Shown piece by piece: positions 51,575 through 62,740 of a DNA stretch of 64,000 nucleotides (position 1 is its first letter; every line of letters begins with the position of its first letter). Position numbers and translations under genes: made by a program. The notes under the pieces are model-generated. The model was not told the DNA's origin. It searched no databases and saw only the letters and a list, made by a program, of their open reading frames with translations. The DNA lies in the sequence record PP418987.1. One strand, written 5' to 3'. Source of the DNA: Escherichia phage UPWr_E4.

Positions 51575-52753
51575 ATGAGCACAGTTTTTAATACAAACCC
51601 AGTTGATGTTTTAAAAGAACCTATGTTTTTTGGTTCAGGTCTTGGTATTGCGCGTTATGATATTCAACGTCATAAAGTTTTTGAAGATTTAACCGAAAAG
51701 CAGTTGTCATTTTTCTGGCGTCCTGAAGAAGTAAACTTAATGATGGATGCTGCACAGTTTAATAAGCTTCCTCAGTACCAGCAAAATATTTTTACTAACA
51801 ACCTGAAGTATCAATCACTTTTAGATAGCATTCAGGGTCGTGCGCCGTCTGCTGTACTTATGTCATTAATTTCAGACCCAAGTCTTGATACATGGGTTGC
51901 TACATGGACTTTTAGTGAAACTATTCACAGTCGTTCATATACTCATATCATGCGAAATCTTTATACTGATCCATCGAAGGTATTTGATGAGATTGTATTA
52001 GATGAAGCTATTATGAAACGTGCTGAATCCATTGGACGTTATTATGATGATGTTCTGATTAAAACTCGTTATTGGGAAAACGCTAAAGCTGATATCGAAT
52101 ACCAAAAAGAAATTAATGCAGACGAAGACGTTATTGAAGATGCTATTGAGCATGAGACATATTGGAAGCGTGAGTTAATGAAATCTCTTTACCTCTGTTT
52201 GCACGTTATTAATGCCTTAGAAGCTATTCGTTTTTATGTATCTTTCGCATGTACCTTTAACTTCCATAAGAACATGGAAATCATGGAAGGTAATGCCAAG
52301 ATTATGAAGTTCATTGCACGCGATGAACAGCTTCACCTTAAAGGCACCCAATATATTATTCGTCAACTTCAATCTGGTACTGATGGAGATCAATGGGTTA
52401 AAATTGCTCAAGAGTGTGAACAAGAAGCAGTTGATATTTTCATGGAAGTTAACCGCCAAGAAAAAGATTGGGCAGTTCATTTATTTAAAGATGGAGATGT
52501 TCCTGGATTAAATACAAATAGCATGTGGAGCTTTATTGATTACTTAACTGTATCTCGTATGAAGCAGTGTGGTCTTCCATGCCCAATTACCGATGCTCCG
52601 GTTAAACATCCATATCCTTGGATTCGTGAATATCTTAATTCTGATAATGTTCAATCTGCGCCACAAGAAGTAGAATTGTCATCTTATCTTGTTGCACAGA
52701 TTGATAATGATGTTGATGATAAAGTTATGATGAGTTTTAAAAAATACTTTTAA
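51575..52753 (+). CDS. nrdB: Ribonucleoside-diphosphate reductase beta subunit NrdB (uninterrupted, no intron)
   Basis: 392-aa continuous ORF with diiron/tyrosyl-radical subunit features. Confidence 0.95.
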   Translation: MSTVFNTNPVDVLKEPMFFGSGLGIARYDIQRHKVFEDLTEKQLSFFWRPEEVNLMMDAAQFNKLPQYQQNIFTNNLKYQSLLDSIQGRAPSAVLMSLISDPSLDTWVATWTFSETIHSRSYTHIMRNLYTDPSKVFDEIVLDEAIMKRAESIGRYYDDVLIKTRYWENAKADIEYQKEINADEDVIEDAIEHETYWKRELMKSLYLCLHVINALEAIRFYVSFACTFNFHKNMEIMEGNAKIMKFIARDEQLHLKGTQYIIRQLQSGTDGDQWVKIAQECEQEAVDIFMEVNRQEKDWAVHLFKDGDVPGLNTNSMWSFIDYLTVSRMKQCGLPCPITDAPVKHPYPWIREYLNSDNVQSAPQEVELSSYLVAQIDNDVDDKVMMSFKKYF

Positions 52754-52757
52754 GGAG

Positions 52758-52780
52758 TGGGCCGCAAGGCCCATTTTATT
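52758..52780 (+). terminator. Intrinsic terminator TGGGCC-GCAA-GGCCCA plus U-run
   Basis: GNRA-loop hairpin followed by TTTTATT immediately before the denA ATG. Confidence 0.7.
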
Positions 52781-54368
<1,588 letters not shown>

Positions 54369-54371
54369 GCT

Positions 54372-54401
54372 GTTTACAAGTCCCTCGTGTTGTGTTATAG
54401 T
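54372..54401 (+). promoter_or_regulatory. T4-type early promoter for alc, nested in an imperfect hairpin that also covers the alc SD
   Basis: GTTTAC 54372-54377, TATAGT 54396-54401; AAGTCC (54378-83) pairs with GGACTT (54423-28) overlapping SD GAGGA; inner GTTAT/ATAAC. Confidence 0.55.
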
Positions 54402-54429
54402 AGTCTTACTGACATAACATGAGGACTTT

Positions 54430-54936
54430 ATGATGGATTTGCAGCTTATTACTACTGAAATGGTCGTTGAAGCATACGGTGATACTACAGATGGGATTTC
54501 TGTATTTAAAGGAAATCGTCGAGTTGGATATATCACCGATCTTAAGAAAGATTTAGCTAAGCAAGTCAAGCGGAAAACGACCATTAAAGAATATCGAAAT
54601 CGTCGTCTTGAGCAAGCCCGTGATATGCTTCCTGATGCGGTTGAGGAGATGAAAGTCTTTTTAGAAAATCAGCTTGCGAAATATGATTGCGATGTGTTCA
54701 TTAATCAGACTCAACCTAATGTTCATATTAACAACTGTAAATGCTATATCATCGTTAATCCTTTAACGGGAAAACATCGTCTTGGAATTAGTAATCCAAA
54801 TCGTAGCGCATCGGATATGGCAGAAGATGTTGCGGCGTGCTTTAAAATTTCTAAATCTCCGGCTGAACATCATATTTTAATTAACGGTCTTTCTCAAGAC
54901 GATATTATAGAGGTTATTAAAACTTTATGCAATTAA
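54430..54936 (+). CDS. alc: Alc, host transcription shutoff (allows late transcription on cytosine DNA)
   Basis: 167-168 aa, size and position after gene 63 as T4 Alc; alternative start 54433. Confidence 0.65.
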   Translation: MMDLQLITTEMVVEAYGDTTDGISVFKGNRRVGYITDLKKDLAKQVKRKTTIKEYRNRRLEQARDMLPDAVEEMKVFLENQLAKYDCDVFINQTQPNVHINNCKCYIIVNPLTGKHRLGISNPNRSASDMAEDVAACFKISKSPAEHHILINGLSQDDIIEVIKTLCN

Positions 54937-55280
54937 GTAATACGACAGCAGGTTTGCTATTAATTGTAATTGCATTAGGCGGAACTTCTTTAATTTTAAA
55001 AAATAAAATTGAAAGATTAGAAACGTCTGTTGTAGAAATTACAAAAACGGCCAATGAAAACGCCTTAGCATTAAATAATTTGCGAATTCAGTATAATTAT
55101 ATTGATGCGATGAATAATAAAAATCGTGAGGCGATTGCTGCTATTGAGCGTGAAAATGAAAAACTGCGCAAAGATGCAAAGAAGGCGGATGTGGTGGCTC
55201 GTAAGCCAGGATTGGTTGAAAAACAAATCAACAACTCCTTCAACAAGTTCGCAGAAGACATCCAGGACCTTTCTAAATGA
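54927..55280 (+). CDS. i-spanin (inner-membrane spanin subunit, T4 pseT.3 position)
   Basis: 117 aa; N-terminal TM anchor (LLLIVIALGG) followed by coiled-coil region; immediately upstream of lipoprotein gene. Confidence 0.65.
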   Translation: MQLSNTTAGLLLIVIALGGTSLILKNKIERLETSVVEITKTANENALALNNLRIQYNYIDAMNNKNREAIAAIERENEKLRKDAKKADVVARKPGLVEKQINNSFNKFAEDIQDLSK

Positions 55281-55576
55281 TTAAACTATCAGCAGTAATA
55301 TTATCTATTGGTCTTCTAGTTGGTTGTTCGACAAAGCCTCTAGAAGTAAAGAAAGAAACAGTTCATCCTAATTGGCCTGTACAAATAAAGTCATATGACG
55401 AAGCTAAATTATCTTGGCAAGTTAAAGTTATTGATGGTAAAGCTTGGGTCGGTATGCCATTTGAAGATTCTCAGGAATTTCGTATTTGGCTTAATGATGT
55501 AAAACGATATGTACACGACCAGAAAACTATGATATGTTATTATCGTCAAGAGTTAAAAGAGGATAAATGTAAATGA
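55277..55576 (+). CDS. o-spanin (outer-membrane lipoprotein spanin subunit, T4 pseT.2 position)
   Basis: 99 aa; lipobox LLVGC after signal peptide; ATGA-coupled to i-spanin. Confidence 0.65.
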   Translation: MIKLSAVILSIGLLVGCSTKPLEVKKETVHPNWPVQIKSYDEAKLSWQVKVIDGKAWVGMPFEDSQEFRIWLNDVKRYVHDQKTMICYYRQELKEDKCK

Positions 55577-55799
55577 TTTCATGGCATCAATTTGAACATC
55601 TCAAAGGATTGATTTATGAATCCGAGATGGCTGCAATGATTTATGGACGTCAGATTCAGCGATTAGAATCTTTACCTCCAACTAATGATGTTTTATTAGC
55701 TCAATCACGTGCTAATCTTAAAAATGAATACCAAAATAAGTGGGGCAAAGCATCTAAAGACCTGCATGATTATATTCAATCATTGGTTGAGAAAAATAA

Positions 55800-55803
<4 letters not shown>
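55573..55803 (+). CDS. Hypothetical small protein
   Basis: 76 aa, ATGA-coupled. Confidence 0.5.
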
Positions 55804-57021
<1,218 letters not shown>

Positions 57022-57022
<1 letters not shown>

Positions 57023-57219
57023 TGGCTTGGCACCATGAAACTTGGGCTATTGTTATTGTAAATAGCGGTTTAGTTGGTACTAGTAATGGGCAATTTTGTG
57101 TATTTACTAGTGAAAATAGAGCATGGGAGGAATGCCTTAAATTAAGAGAAAAGAATCCTGATGTTGAACTAGTAGTAAAGAAAACTAAACTGCCTTTACC
57201 ATGGAAAACGTATGAATAA
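57022..57219 (+). CDS. Hypothetical small protein
   Basis: 65 aa from ATG 57022 (TAATG overlap with pseT stop); track start 56992 lies inside pseT. Confidence 0.5.
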
Positions 57220-57412
57220 CCTAGAAAAGATTTATCGTCTTTGTGATAAAATTGAAAAAGAAAAGAAATATCTATTTTGTCTATGGCCTATTGTTGACGG
57301 AAGAGTAGGCCTAGATGTTCTTGATTATGAAACAGAAGACAAAGTAGATGGCGCAACTTTTGATAACGCTTTGGATGTTATTGATTGGCTTGAAGAAAAT
57401 TATGTGAGGTAA
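57212..57412 (+). CDS. Hypothetical small protein
   Basis: 66-aa ORF. Confidence 0.5.
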   Translation: MNNLEKIYRLCDKIEKEKKYLFCLWPIVDGRVGLDVLDYETEDKVDGATFDNALDVIDWLEENYVR

Positions 57413-57414
57413 AT

Positions 57415-57690
57415 ATGTTTCCGACTTACTCTAAAATCGTAGAAGTAGTGTTTAGCCAAATTATCGCTAATAATATGTTTGAAAAACTTGATAACGCAGC
57501 TGAGCTTCGAATCCATGCTCAAGTGACTCATGTATTGAACACTTTGCTTCCAGACCAGGTGGATTCTGTTGCCATCACGTTGTATCCAGGTTCCGCGCAT
57601 ATCATTGTCGTATTCGGTCTTGATGCTGAGCTAGTCATCAAAGGCGATATTCGCTTTGAATCACAGACATCAGAATTCAAAGCAATTTAA
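57415..57690 (+). CDS. Hypothetical small protein
   Basis: 91-aa ORF. Confidence 0.5.
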   Translation: MFPTYSKIVEVVFSQIIANNMFEKLDNAAELRIHAQVTHVLNTLLPDQVDSVAITLYPGSAHIIVVFGLDAELVIKGDIRFESQTSEFKAI

Positions 57691-57691
57691 A

Positions 57692-57721
57692 GTTTACTTT
57701 ACGGTAGAGTTGTGATATTAT
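57692..57721 (+). promoter_or_regulatory. T4-type early promoter with -10 in the loop of a 7-bp inverted repeat
   Basis: GTTTAC 57692-57697, TATTAT 57716-57721; GGTAGAG (57703-09) / CTCTACC (57724-30). Confidence 0.6.
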
Positions 57722-57751
57722 AGCTCTACCAAAACAAACGAGGAAATTGAA

Positions 57752-58279
57752 ATGAGCGAATGGTTTGAAGAAGATAAGGTTTATCGCTTTAAAACTGGGT
57801 ATAAAGATATTTTTAATGAAACTTGCGGGGCTAATAAACGAATTGCCCAGTTTATTGGGGAAAATTCATTTAAAGTAAAAATAGATCCTGCGAAAAATGT
57901 TATTAGCATTAAACGCGAAATTGATGATTGTTGGTATAAAGCTGTTGATGTAATGGGTGAATCCTATAAAGTTAGCCCGTTATTTTCAATTGCTTATATG
58001 TTAGAATATTCTTTTTTCGAAGAAGTTCAAAAAGATGATTCTGTAAGTAAATTTGAAATTAAAACTGATAAAGAAATTAAGTGGAAAGTAGTAGGTATTA
58101 CTGGTTGCATGTTTTATATCTATGCTCAAACTGATACAAAGGAAGAAGCTAAAAAGAAAGCTCTAGAATATCTTGAAGAGTATGAAGAAGGCCCGGTAAT
58201 GATTACTCAAGATGCTGAATTAGTTTCTGTCAAATTAGTTAAAAACGTTGAAAGTAAGGAGCTGGGATCAACATGCTAA
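57752..58279 (+). CDS. Hypothetical protein
   Basis: 175-aa ORF, RBS GAGGAAA. Confidence 0.55.
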   Translation: MSEWFEEDKVYRFKTGYKDIFNETCGANKRIAQFIGENSFKVKIDPAKNVISIKREIDDCWYKAVDVMGESYKVSPLFSIAYMLEYSFFEEVQKDDSVSKFEIKTDKEIKWKVVGITGCMFYIYAQTDTKEEAKKKALEYLEEYEEGPVMITQDAELVSVKLVKNVESKELGSTC

Positions 58280-58509
58280 GTGAAAAACCAATTACTGTTA
58301 AAGAATTCCAAGAAAAAGTTAAACTATTTGCGCAGGAATTAGTAAATAAGGTTTCTGAACGATTTCCCGAAACATCGGTTCGTGTTATTACCGAAACTCC
58401 TCGTTCAGTATTAGTAATTGTGAATCCAGGTGATGGCGATCAAATATCGCATCTTAAACTGGATTTTGATGGATTAGTTGAAGCACAAAGGGTGTATGGC
58501 GTACTATGA
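58273..58509 (+). CDS. Hypothetical small protein
   Basis: 78-aa ORF overlapping upstream stop. Confidence 0.5.
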   Translation: MLSEKPITVKEFQEKVKLFAQELVNKVSERFPETSVRVITETPRSVLVIVNPGDGDQISHLKLDFDGLVEAQRVYGVL

Positions 58510-58844
58510 TGAATTTAACTGATATAATTGATAATTGTCTTGAAAATGATACTGGCGATCATAGAGCGCTTGATTCTGAAACAGCACAGTTCATTAGAAT
58601 AACTTTAATGAATGATACTTTGGTGAATAGTATTCATCCTTCTGTGTATGATGCTATTATTGTGACGAAGTATCCAGTTGAGCTTCACAAAAAGATGGTT
58701 GGTGCAATTTTTATTGATAAGAAAAACCGCTTTAAAGATGGGCAGAATATAATTAGTTCTGTTATTAAAAGTATAACTAAACTTCGTCACGAAATTTATC
58801 GTGTTGAAACTGCTAAATCTGCTTATCTGGTGATTATGAAATGA
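58506..58844 (+). CDS. Hypothetical protein
   Basis: 112-aa ORF, ATGA-coupled. Confidence 0.5.
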   Translation: MMNLTDIIDNCLENDTGDHRALDSETAQFIRITLMNDTLVNSIHPSVYDAIIVTKYPVELHKKMVGAIFIDKKNRFKDGQNIISSVIKSITKLRHEIYRVETAKSAYLVIMK

Positions 58845-59422
58845 AAGCGAGTACAGTACTTCAAATTGCATATTTAGTATCACAAGAATCAAAATGTTGC
58901 TCCTGGAAGGTAGGAGCAGTAATTGAAAAGAATGGACGTATTATTTCTACTGGGTATAATGGTTCACCTGCAGGGGGTGTGAACTGTTGTGATTATGCTG
59001 CTGAGCAAGGTTGGTTGCTGAATAAACCTAAACATACTATCATTCAAGGTCATAAGCCTGAATGTGTATCATTTGGTTCAACTGATCGTTTTGTCTTGGC
59101 GAAAGAACATCGTAGTGCTCACTCGGAATGGTCATCTAAAAATGAAATTCATGCTGAACTAAATGCGATTTTGTTTGCTGCACGAAATGGTTCTTCAATT
59201 GAAGGTGCTACTATGTATGTAACACTTTCTCCTTGTCCGGATTGCGCAAAAGCGATAGCTCAGTCTGGAATTAAAAAACTGGTTTATTGCGAAACATACG
59301 ATAAAAATAAACCTGGCTGGGATGATATTCTGCGAAATGCAGGTATTGAAGTGTTTAATGTTCCTAAGAAAAACTTGAATAAGTTAAACTGGGAAAATAT
59401 CAACGAATTCTGTGGTGAATAA
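58841..59422 (+). CDS. cd: dCMP deaminase (Cd)
   Basis: 193 aa; zinc-binding HAE and PCxxC motifs (HAELNAILFAARNG, PCPDCAKAI); size as T4 Cd. Confidence 0.9.
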   Translation: MKASTVLQIAYLVSQESKCCSWKVGAVIEKNGRIISTGYNGSPAGGVNCCDYAAEQGWLLNKPKHTIIQGHKPECVSFGSTDRFVLAKEHRSAHSEWSSKNEIHAELNAILFAARNGSSIEGATMYVTLSPCPDCAKAIAQSGIKKLVYCETYDKNKPGWDDILRNAGIEVFNVPKKNLNKLNWENINEFCGE

Positions 59423-59658
59423 TGAAATTTCGTTTGGTACAGCTCACAGCAATTAGTTCTTATTCTAATGAGAATATTTCATTTGCTGTAGAGTATAAGA
59501 AATATTTTTTCTCTAAATGGAAGCAGTATTATAAGTCAGAATGGGTTTGTATTGATAGACCATATAGTTGGAAATCTGATTTAGAAAAATGCCAAAAATT
59601 ACTTTCCACTCTTAAAGAACGTGGAACAACTCATATTAAAACTGTAATAGGTAAATAA
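59422..59658 (+). CDS. Hypothetical small protein
   Basis: 78-aa ORF. Confidence 0.5.
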   Translation: MKFRLVQLTAISSYSNENISFAVEYKKYFFSKWKQYYKSEWVCIDRPYSWKSDLEKCQKLLSTLKERGTTHIKTVIGK

Positions 59659-59967
59659 ATGAAACTGACGACTGAACAAAAAGTAGCAATTCGTGAAATT
59701 TTGAAAACTAAATTGTCCATGGGTGTTTCAAACGTAGTTTTTGAAAAGTCTGACGGTACTATTCGTGTTATGAAAGGTACTCGCGACGCGGACTTTATGC
59801 CAACCATGCAAACTGGCAAATTGACTGAATCTACTCGGAAAGAATCTACTGACATGATTCCGGTATTTGATGTTGAGCTTGGTGCATGGCGAGGTTTTTC
59901 TATTGACAAATTGATTTCCGTTAATGGTATGAAAGTTGAGCATTTGCTCCAATTTATTGGTAAATAA
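59659..59967 (+). CDS. Hypothetical protein
   Basis: 102-aa ORF. Confidence 0.5.
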   Translation: MKLTTEQKVAIREILKTKLSMGVSNVVFEKSDGTIRVMKGTRDADFMPTMQTGKLTESTRKESTDMIPVFDVELGAWRGFSIDKLISVNGMKVEHLLQFIGK

Positions 59968-60023
59968 ATGCTTTAAGAATTATTTGTTATTATTAATTCA
60001 TCTGTTAACAAAAAGGAAAAACG

Positions 60024-60359
60024 ATGTCTGAAGTACAACAGCTACCAATTCGTGCTGTCGGTGAATATGTTATTTTAGTTTCTGAACCTGCACAAGCCGG
60101 TGATGAAGAAGTTACAGAATCAGGACTTATTATCGGTAAACGTGTTCAAGGTGAAGTTCCTGAACTGTGTGTAGTTCACTCTGTCGGTCCTGATGTTCCT
60201 GAAGGTTTCTGCGAAGTTGGCGATTTGACTTCTCTTCCAGTTGGTCAAATTCGAAATGTTCCGCATCCTTTTGTAGCTCTGGGTCTTAAGCAGCCAAAAG
60301 AAATTAAACAAAAATTCGTTACCTGTCACTATAAAGCTATTCCGTGTCTTTATAAGTGA
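60024..60359 (+). CDS. 31: Co-chaperonin gp31 (GroES analogue for capsid folding)
   Basis: 111 aa; [30 protein letters not shown] matches T4 gp31. Confidence 0.9.
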
Positions 60360-60367
60360 TATAAATA
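60360..60367 (+). promoter_or_regulatory. T4 late promoter TATAAATA upstream of rIII
   Basis: Exact TATAAATA immediately after the gene 31 stop. Confidence 0.55.
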
Positions 60368-60506
60368 ATAATATGAATTGGGTGTCGGAATAATAAGTTA
60401 ACCGAACAATTCTATGTGGTAGTCTACAACTGAGAGATCTGTCGAAAGAAGATGAAATTCAGAAGAACGTGACTACCGAGTTTTAATCTCTAACGAGAAT
60501 TTTTAA

Positions 60507-60755
60507 ATGATTAAACAATTACAACACGCTCTTGAACTGCAACGAAACGCATGGAATAATGGTCACGAAAACTATGGCGCATCTATTGATGTTGAAGCCG
60601 AAGCTCTTGAAATCCTGCGTTATTTCAAACATCTGAATCCTGCTCAAACTGCATTAGCTGCTGAGCTTCAGGAAAAAGATGAACTTAAATATGCTAAGCC
60701 TCTGGCTTCTGCTGCACGAAAAGCAGTTCGTCACTTTGTGGTAACACTGAAGTAA
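60507..60755 (+). CDS. rIII: rIII lysis-inhibition accessory protein
   Basis: 82 aa, size and position after gene 31 as T4 rIII. Confidence 0.75.
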   Translation: MIKQLQHALELQRNAWNNGHENYGASIDVEAEALEILRYFKHLNPAQTALAAELQEKDELKYAKPLASAARKAVRHFVVTLK

Positions 60756-61153
60756 TTTATTGGAGAGTCACTGCCTTAGTGTGAAGTTAAAACGAGGAGC
60801 CGTCGAACTGTCTGATTAATGATTTGCGAATCATTATAGTTTTAAGACCCCGGCAGTTTTACGGTGTACCTCTTGAATGTTATTCTTATAGCGGCAAGTG
60901 CATGCTACCCCGAGGTGATGGCCAATCGGGAGTACGCCTCAAGGCCTATATATCCATCAGTATATATCTTATCCTCGAGAAATCGAACCCGGAACCTTTA
61001 AGCTAACGGTGTGCAACAGATAAGAGCTATAAGGTATGATGACGGGTTTATGGTTATCCTGGTCGTTAAATATCAAAAAACCTATGTTCCCCTTGAGGGC
61101 TTGCGCAGGCAATGCCAATAAGTCCTGCATTTTCATTTAAAAGAGAATTTATA
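60756..61153 (+). other. ORF-free, GC-enriched intergenic region with multiple stem-loops (candidate structured RNA or long 3' UTR)
   Basis: About 400 bp with no ATG-initiated ORF on either strand; hairpin TAATGATT-TGCG-AATCATTA near 60816-60835; long-range 8-bp pairing CCTCAAGG / CCTTGAGG; terminal hairpin GCAGG...CCTGC plus U-rich tail around 61104-61137. Confidence 0.3.
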
Positions 61154-61330
61154 ATGGCAAAACAAGCTAAAGCAAAGAAAGCAGTTGAAAAGAAAGTTGG
61201 TGATTCTAAACGCGCTGGCTACAAGCGTGGGTCGAACTCTCGTATCAATCAAACTGTTGAGAAGATCATGCGCCGAGCACGTGCGGTTCTTCGAGATGAT
61301 GCTTCTCGTTTTGGTAAGCAGAAAGCATAA
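61154..61330 (+). CDS. Small basic protein (T4 30.9 position)
   Basis: 58 aa from ATG 61154 (AAAGAGAA upstream; track start 61112); MAKQAKAKKAVEKKVGDSKRAGYKRG... Confidence 0.5.
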   Translation: MAKQAKAKKAVEKKVGDSKRAGYKRGSNSRINQTVEKIMRRARAVLRDDASRFGKQKA

Positions 61331-61335
61331 GTTGA

Positions 61336-61364
61336 GGACTCCTTCGGGAGTCCTTTTTTATTTT
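61336..61364 (+). terminator. Intrinsic terminator GGACTCC-TTCG-GGAGTCC plus T6 (same hairpin as at 6844)
   Basis: Identical 18-nt hairpin to the soc terminator, followed by U-run. Confidence 0.8.
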
Positions 61365-61383
61365 CCAAAGATTGCATAAAGTT

Positions 61384-61416
61384 GTTTACAGTATGGTTCC
61401 TTTGTGATAGTATTAT
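61384..61416 (+). promoter_or_regulatory. T4-type early promoter with -10 in the loop of an inverted repeat
   Basis: GTTTAC 61384-61389; TAGTATTAT -10 region; TTTGTG (61402-07) / CACAAA (61421-26). Confidence 0.55.
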
Positions 61417-61440
61417 CTTACACAAACAAAGGAGAATAAA

Positions 61441-61773
61441 ATGAAAACGATTAATCTGAACGCTGCAGTTAAAACTAAATGCTTCAATGGTAAATATGAT
61501 GAAACTATGTGGTTCTTAATGGCAGTTGAAGGTGATATTATTGAAGTAGAAACAACAGAAGGTATGGGAACAGATTTCACCTTTACAATTCAAGTTCATA
61601 ATTTCTTTACTGGTTGGATTTATGAATTGAATACAGTAATCGTTGGAAAAATTGAACAAAATGAATTAGGTGAATGGTATTATGTTACAGCTCGCCAACG
61701 TGCCGAACGCTTAATTGAGAAGATGAAAAAAGTTGGTAAACTTGACATGCAGCATTGGAAAGTAGTAAAATAA
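61441..61773 (+). CDS. Hypothetical protein (T4 30.8 position)
   Basis: 110-aa ORF, RBS AAAGGAGAA. Confidence 0.55.
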   Translation: MKTINLNAAVKTKCFNGKYDETMWFLMAVEGDIIEVETTEGMGTDFTFTIQVHNFFTGWIYELNTVIVGKIEQNELGEWYYVTARQRAERLIEKMKKVGKLDMQHWKVVK

Positions 61774-61775
61774 TT

Positions 61776-61804
61776 GTTTACTTTGGTACAGGATATGATA
61801 TTAT
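61776..61804 (+). promoter_or_regulatory. T4-type early promoter with -10 in the loop of an 8-bp perfect inverted repeat
   Basis: GTTTAC 61776-61781, TATTAT 61799-61804; GGTACAGG (61785-92) / CCTGTACC (61808-15). Confidence 0.65.
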
Positions 61805-61840
61805 ATACCTGTACCGCAATTAAACATCTTGGAGAATAAA

Positions 61841-62215
61841 ATGAACTACATCAACTTTGAACGTAAATATGTTTCTAATGTTTCTAACGGTATTACAGGT
61901 TCTATTGATACTATTTGCCTTTGGAAACATCAAAATGGATCAGTATGCGAAATTGAGCAGTATATGACTCCTAATTACGTTTATATGCGATTTGAAAACG
62001 GTATCACGGTTTCAATCACGATGGAAGGTTCCAACTTTAAAATCGCTCTGGATGATGATTTCCGTGAACGCGATTTAGGGACTCATCCTTGCTGGAATGG
62101 CGTTAATCGCAAGCTTTTGGTTAAAACTTGGATTCGTCATATTCTGAGTAACAGAGCTAAACCTGAGCATCTTGAAGCAATCTTTGATGTAGTTCTTAAC
62201 GAATTTGATATTTAA
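61841..62215 (+). CDS. Hypothetical protein (T4 30.7 position)
   Basis: 124 aa from ATG 61841 (GGAG upstream; track uses TTG 61829). Confidence 0.55.
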   Translation: MNYINFERKYVSNVSNGITGSIDTICLWKHQNGSVCEIEQYMTPNYVYMRFENGITVSITMEGSNFKIALDDDFRERDLGTHPCWNGVNRKLLVKTWIRHILSNRAKPEHLEAIFDVVLNEFDI

Positions 62216-62224
62216 AATAAATGA

Positions 62225-62238
62225 GGGGCTTTGGCCCC
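62225..62238 (+). other. RNA stem-loop GGGGC-TTTG-GCCCC (no U-tract) upstream of the next SD
   Basis: 5-bp GC stem directly after the 61841 ORF and before GAGGAAAATGTTATG. Confidence 0.5.
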
Positions 62239-62255
62239 TTACTGAGGAAAATGTT

Positions 62256-62543
62256 ATGTTTATGACTACTTATTTTGATACCCGTAAAAACTTCTGCGAA
62301 GTAGTTTTCTCAAAGGCGCCTAAAGACCTTCCTGCACATTTGCAACCTACTAGCGAATCGATTAAAAACTACGTTAATGTAGTCTGCCCTTTAGAGTTTC
62401 GTACTGTAAATGGGCGCGATACTTTAGCTATCACTAAACTCAATCGCGAAATTGACATTGATCCCTCAATTGCGCGTGAAATTAATAGTTCTGATATTAA
62501 TGGCGGTAATGTTAAATCGCACGGTTTTCAGATGAGGTTTTAA
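62256..62543 (+). CDS. Hypothetical protein (T4 30.6 position)
   Basis: 95 aa from ATG 62256 (GAGGA upstream; track uses TTG 62205). Confidence 0.5.
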   Translation: MFMTTYFDTRKNFCEVVFSKAPKDLPAHLQPTSESIKNYVNVVCPLEFRTVNGRDTLAITKLNREIDIDPSIAREINSSDINGGNVKSHGFQMRF

Positions 62544-62740
62544 TGAAATTCTTTTTAGGTCAAACTGTTGAATTAAAGGGAGTTGGTATACCTGGATTAA
62601 TTTCTAAGGTTCTACCTCCGTTTAAATGGAGTGGTATTCAAATAAAAGAGGCTTATATTGTTTTCTGGGTAGATGGAAATGAAGACCTTCGTATGGGTGA
62701 TGAATTATCTCCTATCTACGGATTAAAGGAAATAGTATGA
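62543..62740 (+). CDS. Hypothetical small protein
   Basis: 65 aa, coupled. Confidence 0.5.
   Translation: MKFFLGQTVELKGVGIPGLISKVLPPFKWSGIQIKEAYIVFWVDGNEDLRMGDELSPIYGLKEIV

Noticed and set aside
51575-52753. Group I intron in nrdB
   Set aside because: nrdB is a continuous 392-aa ORF; only td carries an intron in this window.
60970-61000. tRNA-like T-arm fragment (CGAACCCGG)
   Set aside because: No matching acceptor, D or anticodon arms can be built on either strand; not a tRNA gene.
60824-61006. 60-aa plus-strand ORF in the GC-rich spacer after rIII
   Set aside because: Requires a TTG start, has no Shine-Dalgarno sequence, and its composition looks random; treated as non-coding (see the structured-RNA finding).
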